Below are positions 49,706 to 58,792 of a stretch of DNA of 64,000 nucleotides, piece by piece. The position numbers and the translations under genes were made by a program. Below the pieces are notes generated by a model that saw only the letters and a program-made list of their open reading frames with translations, was not told where the DNA came from and made no database searches. This stretch comes from Dehalococcoidia bacterium (lineage in GTDB: Bacteria > Chloroflexota > Dehalococcoidia > Lucifugimonadales > UBA3495). The stretch covers positions 38,945-102,944 of the forward strand of contig CBDBDS010000002.1 of NCBI GenBank assembly GCA_965203985.1, written 5' to 3'. Positions within the stretch are counted from its first letter, which is position 1. Every line of letters starts with the position of its first letter.

Positions 49706-51061
49706 CTACGTGGCGGACAGCAACGCGGTCAGTTCGCCCACGTCCGACAATCGGTCCAGACGACTGACCGCCTCAACAACCTGCTGCACCTTGCCGGCGC
49801 CAAGGGTTTCCCGCGACAGCAGATCGAACTTGCCCAGCATTTCCTCCCGGCCGGCGGGGTTGGAGAAGTCGCCGCGCTGAGACGTGACCTCCGCGCGGCG
49901 GAGACGGCCGTCGGCGAGTTGCACGGCGACCCGCGCCGCCGGGTAGTCGTACCGGCGCAGGTTCATCTCGGGGTCCGATTCCAGCGAAACGCGCTCCGCC
50001 AGCGCACGGATGTCGGCGCTGTCCACCCGCTCCGGCACGAATGCGGTGACATCGGTGCGGCCGTAGCAGATTGCGGCGGCGACCGCATAAGGGATCGAAA
50101 ACTTGGCGGCCAGCATGTTCTCCGGATGCGGGTCGGCCATGATGCCGGCGATGGGCGGCACGGTGACCGCGATGCTTCTCACGTCCGACGGCGCAAACGT
50201 CTCCTCGCGGAGCAGATCCTGCACGGCATCCAGCACCGGGTGATTGTACAGGCAGCAGGCGTGCAGCTTGAAATAGTTCTGCTGGATGCGCAGGTTGCCG
50301 CCAGTCCCGAGGCCATCGGTCACCGCCTCCGGGTCGAAGCCGTCCCCCAGGAATGTGCGGTAGAGGTCCGCCGGCCCGTCGGCGATGGCAGTGTACCCAC
50401 ATTGCGACAGGTGGGCGGCCATAATTCCCTGGAAACCCGACCGTCCGGGGTACAGGTTACGCACGGTGGCCCCTTCTATGCAGGGAGTCCACGTATTGGC
50501 CGGGCTCATGGACATGGCGAGGTTCATCGCCGTCCTGGTCTGACCGGTGTCGAAGCCCATCAGTCGCGCCGCCGCCGCCGCCGTGCCGATGGTGCCCCAG
50601 GTGCCGTGGGAGTGCACCTCGGCCTTGACCGTAGTCGCCGTGCCGATGCGAGAGATGACCTCGTAGCCCACGATGATGCTCGCCAGGACCTCGCGGCCGC
50701 TGCTTCCCAGTTCCTCGCCGACGGCGATGGCCCCGGGCGTGACGTGGATGGACGGGTGCCCTCCGCCCAGGCGATTGCCCTCGTCCATCTCCAGCGACAC
50801 GCCGGCAGTGGCGTTCACCATGGTGGCCCAGACCGGCTGCACCCGATGACCATGGCCCAGGACGGTCGCCCTGCCGGGTCCGCTCATGGTCGCGGCTAGA
50901 CCGGCAAAGTTGGCGTTGTCCGACAGGCGGCTGCCGGCCAGGATCGCGCCGATGGTGTCCAGCACCACGTCCTTGGCGGCGGCAATGGCGGTCGGATGCA
51001 AATCCTCCCAGCGCGTTTCGGCAACGAACTCGGCTAGAAGGTCGAGGTAGTCCTGGGCCAT
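49706..51061 (-). CDS. MmgE/PrpD family protein
   Basis: NATAGVSLEMDEG, GHPS, HSHG, KLHACC, KFSIPY; start MAQDYLD. Confidence 0.85.
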   Translation of the reverse strand: MAQDYLDLLAEFVAETRWEDLHPTAIAAAKDVVLDTIGAILAGSRLSDNANFAGLAATMSGPGRATVLGHGHRVQPVWATMVNATAGVSLEMDEGNRLGGGHPSIHVTPGAIAVGEELGSSGREVLASIIVGYEVISRIGTATTVKAEVHSHGTWGTIGTAAAAARLMGFDTGQTRTAMNLAMSMSPANTWTPCIEGATVRNLYPGRSGFQGIMAAHLSQCGYTAIADGPADLYRTFLGDGFDPEAVTDGLGTGGNLRIQQNYFKLHACCLYNHPVLDAVQDLLREETFAPSDVRSIAVTVPPIAGIMADPHPENMLAAKFSIPYAVAAAICYGRTDVTAFVPERVDSADIRALAERVSLESDPEMNLRRYDYPAARVAVQLADGRLRRAEVTSQRGDFSNPAGREEMLGKFDLLSRETLGAGKVQQVVEAVSRLDRLSDVGELTALLSAT

Positions 51062-51069
51062 GATCGCAC

Positions 51070-51951
51070 CTACCGGGTGAAGAATTCGTGGAGCAGACGG
51101 TACGCGTCGTCGGGCAGTTCCTCCGCAATGTAATGTCCGCAGGGGAGCGACTGCCCCTCGACGTTGTTGGAATAGTTGCGCCACACGCCGAGAACGTCCT
51201 GGGTGCGGCCCACGAAACCCCGGTCGCTCCACAGCGCGAGATGCGGGCAGTTCACCTTGTTCTCGAAGTCGGCCTCATCGTGCTCCAGGTCGATGCTGGC
51301 GCCGGCACGGTAGTCCTCGCACGCCCCGTGGATGGCGTCGGGGTTGCTGAAGCAGCGCACGTATTCCTCGACGGCCTCGGACGGGAACACCTCCTCGGCG
51401 TTGCGCTCCCGCATGAACCGCGAGCGGATGTAATAATCGGGATCGGCGCCAATCACCCGCTCCGGAAAGTCGTAGGGCTGGATCAGGAAGAACCAGTGGT
51501 GGGTATTGGTCGCCATCTCCTTGTCCACGATGCTGAACATGTGGCGCGTGGGCACGATGTCCAGCGTCGCCAGCCGCAAAACGCGTTCAGGATGGTCCTT
51601 GGTCAACCGGTGGGCGACGCGGGCGCCCCGGTCGTGACTCCCCAGGAAGAAGGTGTCGAACCCGAGGTGGCCCATCGCGTCCACCAGGTCCTGCGCCTGC
51701 GCCCGCTTGCAGTGGTTGAAGTGGTCGGGGCTGCCCTGGGGCTTGCCGCTGTCGCCGTAGCCCCGCAGGTCAGCGGCGACCACCGTGAAATCCTCCGCCA
51801 GCCTCGGCGCGATCTTGTGCCACATGGTATGGGTCTGCGGGTAACCGTGCAGCAGCAGGAGCGGTGGGCCGCTGCCACCCTTCACCAAGTTGACTATCTC
51901 GCCACTGCCGGCGGTAACTTGCATCCGGTCGAATCCTTCGAATAGGGGCAT
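51070..51951 (-). CDS. haloacetate/fluoroacetate dehalogenase-like alpha/beta hydrolase
   Basis: LHGYPQ, SHDRGARV, LDIVP, HW, CEDYRA, CGHY. Confidence 0.85.
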   Translation of the reverse strand: MPLFEGFDRMQVTAGSGEIVNLVKGGSGPPLLLLHGYPQTHTMWHKIAPRLAEDFTVVAADLRGYGDSGKPQGSPDHFNHCKRAQAQDLVDAMGHLGFDTFFLGSHDRGARVAHRLTKDHPERVLRLATLDIVPTRHMFSIVDKEMATNTHHWFFLIQPYDFPERVIGADPDYYIRSRFMRERNAEEVFPSEAVEEYVRCFSNPDAIHGACEDYRAGASIDLEHDEADFENKVNCPHLALWSDRGFVGRTQDVLGVWRNYSNNVEGQSLPCGHYIAEELPDDAYRLLHEFFTR

Positions 51952-52036
51952 GGTCGTTGGTCTCCTGCGGTTTGCTGGTTCTGGCGGGATTGTAGCCTGA
52001 TTGGTAAGGGCCGGCTACCGTTTTACTGACCCGCAA

Positions 52037-52186
52037 GAGTTCAAGATCCGGATGCTTGTCATTGCGAGCGCAGCGCGGCAATCTCGTTGGCGCAGTGGAA
52101 TCCTTCGGGACAGACGCTGCCACTGCGGCGTTGAGATTGCCACAGTGCAAGCGCCTCGCAACGACAACTGTCTGAATTCTGAACAC
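52037..52186. repeat. nested palindromic (REP/RPE-like) element
   Basis: TTGTCATTGCGAG...CTCGCAACGACAA, GGCAATCTC...GAGATTGCC, CGCAGTGG...CCACTGCG, internal TCC-TTCG-GGA hairpin. Confidence 0.75.
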
Positions 52187-52305
52187 TTACAACCGCGGAC
52201 GTGCCAGGTGCGCAGGCATTCCGTTATTCGCGAGAACCTCCGTGAGCGCGCCGGTCGTCGAATGTCCCCGGCGCAGTGCTAGAATGACGGCGGAGGCTGA
52301 GCGTT

Positions 52306-52572
52306 ATGGCATTCAACCAAGAAAGCGCGCCGGCCATCGGCCGCGCCATCTACCTCGAAAAGATACGTCCCACCCTGGGGCCGGAGCACAAGGGCAAGAT
52401 TGTGGTCATTGACGTTAAAACCGGCGACTATGAGATTGCCGACCGGCACTTTGACGCCGACTCGGCGTTGCGGAAGCGGCGCCCGGACGCTTTCACCTGG
52501 GAGGAGAGGGTGGATATGCCGATAACTTATCGGGTGCATCCCAGCGTCGTCACTAGACCCTTGCGTCTATGA
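52306..52572 (+). CDS. small hypothetical protein, copy 1 (type found upstream of clan AA aspartic proteases)
   Basis: GRAIY.EKI.PTL...KGK.VVIDV..GDYEI; strong RBS; near-duplicate of the next gene. Confidence 0.75.
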   Translation: MAFNQESAPAIGRAIYLEKIRPTLGPEHKGKIVVIDVKTGDYEIADRHFDADSALRKRRPDAFTWEERVDMPITYRVHPSVVTRPLRL

Positions 52573-52618
52573 TCAGGGGCGCGGTCACGCGGAACTTGGG
52601 AGGCGGAGGCTGAGCGTT

Positions 52619-52888
52619 ATGGAGTTCAACGGAGGCAATGCGCCGGCCATCGGGCGCGCCATCTACAACGAAAAGATACTCCCCACCCTGGGGCCGGGGC
52701 ACAAGGGCAAGGTGGTGGTCATCGACGTGAAAAGCGGTGACTACGAGATTGCCAAAAACACCCTGACCGCTGACTTGCGCTTGCGAAAGCGGCGTCCCAA
52801 CGCCTTCACCTGGGCGGAACGGGTCGGGTATCCGGCGGTGTACCGTACGGGTTCGCGCTATCGGCCCCGCAGCCAGCGCCGTGATTAG
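52619..52888 (+). CDS. small hypothetical protein, copy 2
   Basis: Clear paralog of 52306-52572; shares an identical 21-bp upstream/start segment. Confidence 0.75.
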   Translation: MEFNGGNAPAIGRAIYNEKILPTLGPGHKGKVVVIDVKSGDYEIAKNTLTADLRLRKRRPNAFTWAERVGYPAVYRTGSRYRPRSQRRD

Positions 52889-53267
52889 GGGACAAGTCGT
52901 CGAAAACGCGGACGGCGAGCTGGAACCCTGGCTCATCGTATCCGTCGAGTACGCCAACGAGGGATTGCGTCAGTGTGACGTTATCGTCGATACCGGCTTC
53001 ACCGGATGGTTGATGCTGCCCGAAGCAGTCATTCGGGAGCTGGGGCTGATCAAAATCGGCAGCCTACCCGCCACGGTGGCCAGCGGTGAAATGGAGCATT
53101 TCGCCTATTATAGAACACGCATAGTATGGCACGGACGGTTCCACTGGGTGGAAGTTCTCGAGTCAGTTGACCAACCCCTGCTGGGCATGGAGTTGTTGCG
53201 CGATAACTGGGTTACCATGGGCGCCTGGGACGGCGGCTACGTAATCATCGAGGAAGCTCGACTCTGA
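52881..53267 (+). CDS. clan AA (retropepsin-like) aspartic protease
   Basis: IVDTGFTG catalytic motif and PLLGM motif; 128 aa. Confidence 0.82.
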   Translation: MIRGQVVENADGELEPWLIVSVEYANEGLRQCDVIVDTGFTGWLMLPEAVIRELGLIKIGSLPATVASGEMEHFAYYRTRIVWHGRFHWVEVLESVDQPLLGMELLRDNWVTMGAWDGGYVIIEEARL

Positions 53268-53276
53268 ACGTCTCCT

Positions 53277-53305
53277 TTGACACCGTATTGCCCCCCGTGT
53301 AACGT
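53277..53305 (+). promoter_or_regulatory. sigma70-like promoter
   Basis: TTGACA-N17-TAACGT, 32 nt before ATG 53338. Confidence 0.45.
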
Positions 53306-53337
53306 AGGCGGCAATCAATCCTGCAACGAGAGACAAA

Positions 53338-54510
53338 ATGACCACCGTCGCCGTACCTACCGATATTGACCACTACCTAGCCGCCGCTCCCGACTTCGTG
53401 GCCCGCGTCGACGCGGCCGCCGACTGGATCGACGCAGAGCGGCAGATGCCGCCCGATCTGGCCGCAGACATGGCCGACGCCGGATTCTTCCGGCTGTTGC
53501 TGCCACGAGAATTGGGCGGCGCCGAGTTGGCTCATCCCGATTTCCTGAAAATTCTGGAGTTGTTTGCTGGAGCCGACGCCAGCGTGGCCTGGTGCCTCAA
53601 CCAGAACAACGTTTTTTCTACGCGGTCCACGCGCATGGCTATGGCGACCGCACGGGCAATCTGGGGCGAACAACGGGGCGTGGTGACCAACGGACCACCG
53701 GCCGCCGGGTCGAAGTCGGTTCCGGCGCCGGGAGGTTTCCGGCTGAGCGGGCATTGGAACTTCAGCAGCGGCAGCGACCACGCTACCTGGATCGCCGCGC
53801 TGGCCCCCGTCATCCCCGATAACGGAGCGGGGGTCGATGGGCAACCTCCGCAAACCCGCCTGCATCTGATGCCGATTGACCAGGTGCGCATGGTGGACCT
53901 GTGGCAGGTCGCCGGACTTCGCGGAACCGGCAGTTTCAGTTTCCAGGTGGACGACCTGTTCGTCCCCGAGGAACGCTCTTTCGTGCAGGAGGGACCGTCC
54001 TGGTGTGACCGCCCGCTCTACGGCATTCCCACCACGCTCATGTTCGCCACCGGTTTTGCCACCGTGGCCCTGGGGGTAGCGCGCAAGAGCCTGGACATCG
54101 CCATCGACGTGGGCGGCAGCAGGACACCCTATCGCTCCGGCGTCCTGCTCCGCGACCATCAGACCACGCAGCGCACCATCGGCGAGGCCCACGCGCAGCA
54201 GAGTTCGGCCCGTGCCTTCCTGAAGGACGCCCACGGTCGGCTTTGGGAGTCGGCCTGCACCACTGGCACGCTCACCACCGACGAGCGTATCCAACTCCGG
54301 GTGGCCGCGACCCATGCCATTCGCACCTCGGCTCAGATCGTGGACGCGGCGTACACCCTGTGCGGGGCCAGCGGCATCTTCCAGTCCAATCCGATCCAGC
54401 GCAGGTTCCAGGACATGCACGTCATCACCCAGCACGTGCAGGGACACCACGTACACTACGAAACCGCCGGCCAGTACCTGCTGGGATTGGATCCGCAGGG
54501 CGTTTTCTAG
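53338..54510 (+). CDS. acyl-CoA dehydrogenase-fold flavin-dependent monooxygenase (HsaA-like)
   Basis: PRELGG, WNFSSGSDHATW, WQVAGLRGTGS, QRRFQDMHVITQH. Confidence 0.82.
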   Translation: MTTVAVPTDIDHYLAAAPDFVARVDAAADWIDAERQMPPDLAADMADAGFFRLLLPRELGGAELAHPDFLKILELFAGADASVAWCLNQNNVFSTRSTRMAMATARAIWGEQRGVVTNGPPAAGSKSVPAPGGFRLSGHWNFSSGSDHATWIAALAPVIPDNGAGVDGQPPQTRLHLMPIDQVRMVDLWQVAGLRGTGSFSFQVDDLFVPEERSFVQEGPSWCDRPLYGIPTTLMFATGFATVALGVARKSLDIAIDVGGSRTPYRSGVLLRDHQTTQRTIGEAHAQQSSARAFLKDAHGRLWESACTTGTLTTDERIQLRVAATHAIRTSAQIVDAAYTLCGASGIFQSNPIQRRFQDMHVITQHVQGHHVHYETAGQYLLGLDPQGVF

Positions 54511-54520
54511 CGTTCACTTT

Positions 54521-54625
54521 TGTCATTGCGAGGAGCGCAGCGACGCGGCAATCTTGTGCAGTGCAGATGATGTGGTCACAAGATTGCTGCGTCGACGAGA
54601 TTGCCACGCTGCGCTCGCAAAGACA
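54521..54625. repeat. nested palindromic element, same family as 52037-52186
   Basis: TGTCATTGCGAG...CTCGCAAAGACA with internal CGACGCGGCAATCTTGTG/CACAAGATTGCTGCGTCG. Confidence 0.75.
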
Positions 54626-54642
54626 TTGAGGGGGGCAATATT

Positions 54643-56061
54643 ATGGCAACGAACCACGTCGATACGGTCATAGTGGGCGGGCAGATCGTAACCTCATCGC
54701 AGGTGTATGAGAGCTCCATCGCGATCTCCGGCGAGAAGATCGTGGCCATCGGCCCGGAGAATTACCTGCCGCCGGCCGACCGATACATCGACGCCAGCGG
54801 CAAATTCGTGCTTCCCGGGCTGATCGACAGTCACGTGCACCTGGACGGCCACGACGATTACGCCCTGGGTTCGCTGGCCGCAGCGCACGCCGGCCTGACC
54901 ACCCTCGTACCCTTCGGCACCTACCAGTTGGAGGGCGACGAGACGCTGCCCCAAGCCGTCCACCGCACCCGCGAAACCGTCGAACGAGCCGCTCTGACTG
55001 ACTTTGCCTTCCACTTCATCCTGCAGAACCGACCGAGCATCCTGTCCGGTCTGCCCAACGCCGTGGATCTGGGCGTCAAGTCGTTCAAGATGTTCATGAC
55101 CTACAAGAAGCGCCCCGGCCGGATGTGCGACGACGACTACATCTGCGAGGCGATGGACCTGGTGGGACGTAGCGGCGGAGTCCTGCAGCTCCACTGCGAG
55201 AGCGGCAACATCATCGAATACCTCGAAAACAAGCTCCTGGGCGAGGGCCACACGCACCCCACAGACTTTCCTGCTGCGTGTCCTGACTGGGCAGAAGAAG
55301 AGGCGATCAACCGGGCGGTCAAGATGTCTGCCGCCACCCGCTGCCCGACCTACGTCGTGCATCTCAGCACCCAACTGGGCCTGGAACGCATCAAGCAGGC
55401 CCAGAGTCTCGGGCAGCGCGTGTGGACGGAGACGTGCCCGCAATACCTGCTACTCTCCGACGCCCAGATGGCGGAGCGCGGCCCCCTGGCGAAGATCGGC
55501 CCGCCGCTGCGACCCGAGGATGGACCCGACCGTGACGCTTTGTGGGAAGGTTTGCGACAAGGTCACGTATCCATTGTGGCCAGCGACCACTCGCCGCATC
55601 CCCAGGAGCTCAAGCAGCCCGGCTGGGACAACATCTTTGTCGACGCCAACGGCATGTCGGTTCCCTTCGGCTCTCCCGGAATCGAGACCATCGTCCCGCT
55701 GATGTACAGCGAAGGGGTGGTGCAGCGGGGCCTGCCCATCTGGTGGCTGGCCCGGGTCATGGCGGAAAATCCGGCCCGCATCTTCGGCATCTACCCACGC
55801 AAGGGGGTAATCCAGGTGGGTTCCGACGCGGACTTTCTGATCCTGGACCCCAACGGCGACCGCATCGTCACCGCCAGCGACCACCACAGCAACGCCGGCT
55901 ACACCCTGTTCGAAGGCTGGCGTGTCAACGGCCGCCCCTGGATAACCATGCTCCGAGGGCAGGTGCTGCTTCAGGATGGCGAGATCCAGCAGAACCCGGG
56001 ATACGGGACCTTCATTGAGAGCGGCTCACCCGTCGCGCCCCTCGGCGGCCCGGTCGATTAG
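54643..56061 (+). CDS. cyclic amidohydrolase (dihydropyrimidinase/allantoinase-like)
   Basis: PGLIDSHVH, FKMFM, HCE, VHLS, ETCPQYL, ASDHSP. Confidence 0.87.
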   Translation: MATNHVDTVIVGGQIVTSSQVYESSIAISGEKIVAIGPENYLPPADRYIDASGKFVLPGLIDSHVHLDGHDDYALGSLAAAHAGLTTLVPFGTYQLEGDETLPQAVHRTRETVERAALTDFAFHFILQNRPSILSGLPNAVDLGVKSFKMFMTYKKRPGRMCDDDYICEAMDLVGRSGGVLQLHCESGNIIEYLENKLLGEGHTHPTDFPAACPDWAEEEAINRAVKMSAATRCPTYVVHLSTQLGLERIKQAQSLGQRVWTETCPQYLLLSDAQMAERGPLAKIGPPLRPEDGPDRDALWEGLRQGHVSIVASDHSPHPQELKQPGWDNIFVDANGMSVPFGSPGIETIVPLMYSEGVVQRGLPIWWLARVMAENPARIFGIYPRKGVIQVGSDADFLILDPNGDRIVTASDHHSNAGYTLFEGWRVNGRPWITMLRGQVLLQDGEIQQNPGYGTFIESGSPVAPLGGPVD

Positions 56062-57108
56062 ATGAAAATCACCGAGGTCCGCGCCGTATACCCCAACTAC
56101 CGGTACGTCGTCCCGTCCTGGCGCACTCACTTCTGGCAGATCGTAGTTCGCATCGAAACAGACGTTGGAGCCGTCGGTTTCGGGTACGGCGGCGGTGGGG
56201 TGGCCGGCGTGGAGATAGTCAACCGCCACTTCCGCGAGTTGTTGCTGGACCGTGAGATCAACAGCCTGGTGGACATCGCGGACACTTGGGATCATCTCTA
56301 CGAACAGTCCCTGCCCTACGGCCGCAAAGGGTTGGCGATGATGGCGCTCAGCGGCGTCGACCTCGCGCTTTACGACCTGCTGGCCAAGGCTGAACACAAG
56401 CCGGTGTACGAAGTCTTGGGCGGCGCCCTGAAACCCAGCATCCTGGCCTATGCCACCGGTCCGGATTCGGAAGCTTACCGCGACCTCGGCTTCCGCGCCC
56501 ACAAGTTTCCGCACCGTTGGGTTGGCGACGCCGACTACGAGACCGCCGCAAACGCCGCGGCGAGTGCCCGTCAACTCTATGGCCCCGACGCCCGAATCAT
56601 GGTCGATTGCTACATGTCGTGGGATGCAGAGGTCACCACCCGGATGGCGGATATCCTCTCCGAGTACAACCTCTACTGGTACGAGGACGTGCTGACACCG
56701 GACGATCTGGCCGGCCAGGCCGACCTGCGCGCGGTAGCGGGGCCCACCCTTATCGCCGGCGGCGAGCACGAGTTCACCCACTTCGGTTTTGCGGACATCG
56801 CCCGCGCCGAGGCCCTGGGCTTGTGGCAACCGGATATAACGTGGTGCGGCGGAATCACGGCCGGCTTGCGCATCATCGACCTGGCCCGGGCCGCCGGCAT
56901 TCCGGTGTCGCCTCACCGAGGAGCCGAGGTTTGGGGCCTGCATCTCATCGCCGCCTCCGACTGGGCCGATTTCGCCGAGTATCATTCCGACCACATCCGT
57001 TCGCCCCGGGACGTGCTCTGGCTCGACGAACCCGAGCCGGAGGACGGTTTTATCGCCCCATCGGATCAACCGGGCTTCGGAGTCAAACTCAACGAGGAAA
57101 TGCTTTAA
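56062..57108 (+). CDS. enolase-superfamily dehydratase (L-rhamnonate dehydratase-like)
   Basis: GVDLALYDL, YATG, MVDCYMS, WYED, GGEHEFT, QPDITWCGG. Confidence 0.82.
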   Translation: MKITEVRAVYPNYRYVVPSWRTHFWQIVVRIETDVGAVGFGYGGGGVAGVEIVNRHFRELLLDREINSLVDIADTWDHLYEQSLPYGRKGLAMMALSGVDLALYDLLAKAEHKPVYEVLGGALKPSILAYATGPDSEAYRDLGFRAHKFPHRWVGDADYETAANAAASARQLYGPDARIMVDCYMSWDAEVTTRMADILSEYNLYWYEDVLTPDDLAGQADLRAVAGPTLIAGGEHEFTHFGFADIARAEALGLWQPDITWCGGITAGLRIIDLARAAGIPVSPHRGAEVWGLHLIAASDWADFAEYHSDHIRSPRDVLWLDEPEPEDGFIAPSDQPGFGVKLNEEML

Positions 57109-57110
57109 CC

Positions 57111-58289
57111 ATGGCCGGACCGCTCAACGCCTTCGTTCCCGAAAGCAATGCGTACCTCGCCGGCGCTGACGGCGGACCGTTGTCCGGCCTCACGTTCGCG
57201 GCCAAGGACATCTTTGACATCGCCGGGCACGTCACGGGCTGCGGCAACCCCTATTGGCTGGCAACCCACGGCCCCGCCGAGGCTAACGCCTGGGTGGTAC
57301 AACGGCTGGTGGACGCCGGCGCCGCGATGGTGGGCAAGACAATCACCGACGAGCTGACTCGCGGCATCTTCGGCGAGAACATGCACTACGGCACCCCGGT
57401 CAATCCGAATGCGCCCGGCCGAGTGCCGGGCGGCTCCTCCAGCGGCTCCGCGTCGGCGGTGGCCGGCCATCTGGTGGATTTCGCGTTGGGTTCGGACACC
57501 GGAGGTTCGGTGCGTGTGCCGTCCAGCTTCTGCGGCCTGTTTGGCTTGCGGCCTACGCACGGTCGGATCCCGCTGGACGGCATGCTGCTCCAGGCTCCGT
57601 CCTTCGACACCATCGGCTGGTTCGCCCGGGACGCGGAGACCTTCGCCCGGGTCGGGTCGGTCATCATGCCGCCGGGCAATGCAACACCGCGACCCCAGCG
57701 CCTGGTCGTAGCCGAAGACGCCTGGGATCTGGCCGAGCCGGCCACGCGGCAAGCGCTGGAACCTGTCCTGGAGAAAATTGGCGCGCTTTTCGCCTCGTCG
57801 GCAACGGTTCGGTTATCCCCATCCAGCCTGGAAGAGTGGTCGGGTCACCAGCAGGTATTGCAAAGCCGTGAGGCGTGGGAGTCGGCGCGAGACTGGATCG
57901 ACCAGGTCAATCCCACTTTCAGCTTTGAGGTGTCCGACCGCTACGTTACGGCCCGTTCGGTAACCGACGAGCAGATCGTGACCGCGCAGGCCGGACGCGA
58001 CGCCGTCATCGCCCGCATGAACGAAGTGTTCGACGGCGGTGACGTTGTTGTGTGCCTGCCGACCACGGTGTCCCCGGCTCCGCTCATTGGCCAGCGCGTT
58101 TCCGAGCGACACACCCTGCGGTTGCGCAACAGCGCGCTCACCTCGATCGCCGGGAACACTGGCCGGCCGCAAATCAGCTTACCGCTAGTCCAAGTGGACG
58201 GGCTGCCCATCGGCCTGTCACTCCTGGGAGATTACGGTGCGGACGAGCAGTTGATTGCGTTGGCGCGGGAGATCGCAGCAGTGGCGTAA
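57111..58289 (+). CDS. amidase signature family enzyme
   Basis: AAKD, GGSSSGS, GSDTGGSVR (Ser-cisSer-Lys triad). Confidence 0.9.
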   Translation: MAGPLNAFVPESNAYLAGADGGPLSGLTFAAKDIFDIAGHVTGCGNPYWLATHGPAEANAWVVQRLVDAGAAMVGKTITDELTRGIFGENMHYGTPVNPNAPGRVPGGSSSGSASAVAGHLVDFALGSDTGGSVRVPSSFCGLFGLRPTHGRIPLDGMLLQAPSFDTIGWFARDAETFARVGSVIMPPGNATPRPQRLVVAEDAWDLAEPATRQALEPVLEKIGALFASSATVRLSPSSLEEWSGHQQVLQSREAWESARDWIDQVNPTFSFEVSDRYVTARSVTDEQIVTAQAGRDAVIARMNEVFDGGDVVVCLPTTVSPAPLIGQRVSERHTLRLRNSALTSIAGNTGRPQISLPLVQVDGLPIGLSLLGDYGADEQLIALAREIAAVA

Positions 58290-58306
58290 CGTCTCTCCTC
58301 TCCATA

Positions 58307-58792
58307 TCAGTCCCGCCGTGACCTGAACAAAACGTGGACGGCAAAGGCGCGCCGGTCCATGGCGGCGACGTCCTCAAAATCGGCGATGGCTGTTTCGCCT
58401 TCGTCGATTAGCTCCAATACTTGGGAGCGCGAAAAGGTCGCTTCCGGGGCATAATCCGCTTGGTGGCGATACCGTTGGATTGCGACGAAACGCCGCCCAA
58501 AATCTTGAATTTCCAACGGGAACTGCCGCATTTCGTTCTGGTTATTGCACTGGTCTTTAGCGAAAGTATGCTGTAGGGATCGGTAGGCGCGTTCCCAAGC
58601 TGGCTGCCTACGACGGGCGGGAGACGAACCCACCAGCATATCCGCGCAACAGCGGGCCAGGGCATGGAATAGCGCGTAGTACGCGGCGCTGACGGCGCGA
58701 CGCAGTTCCGCCTGGCGGGGCCGCCCGCGCCGTCCGCCAACCCCGCCGGCAGCTAAGTGCCGGGCAATCCTGATCAGGTCGTCAGGATTCAC
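58307..58792 (-). CDS. HEPN-domain protein
   Basis: RRAVSAAYYALFH and RHQADY motifs. Confidence 0.75.
   Translation of the reverse strand: MNPDDLIRIARHLAAGGVGGRRGRPRQAELRRAVSAAYYALFHALARCCADMLVGSSPARRRQPAWERAYRSLQHTFAKDQCNNQNEMRQFPLEIQDFGRRFVAIQRYRHQADYAPEATFSRSQVLELIDEGETAIADFEDVAAMDRRAFAVHVLFRSRRD

Noticed and set aside
56517-57110. N-terminal extensions in the ORF track (amidase from 56517, REase from 38787, GT4 from 1966, MmgE from 51232)
   Set aside because: They overlap upstream genes in other frames, and family homology begins only at the downstream starts used here.
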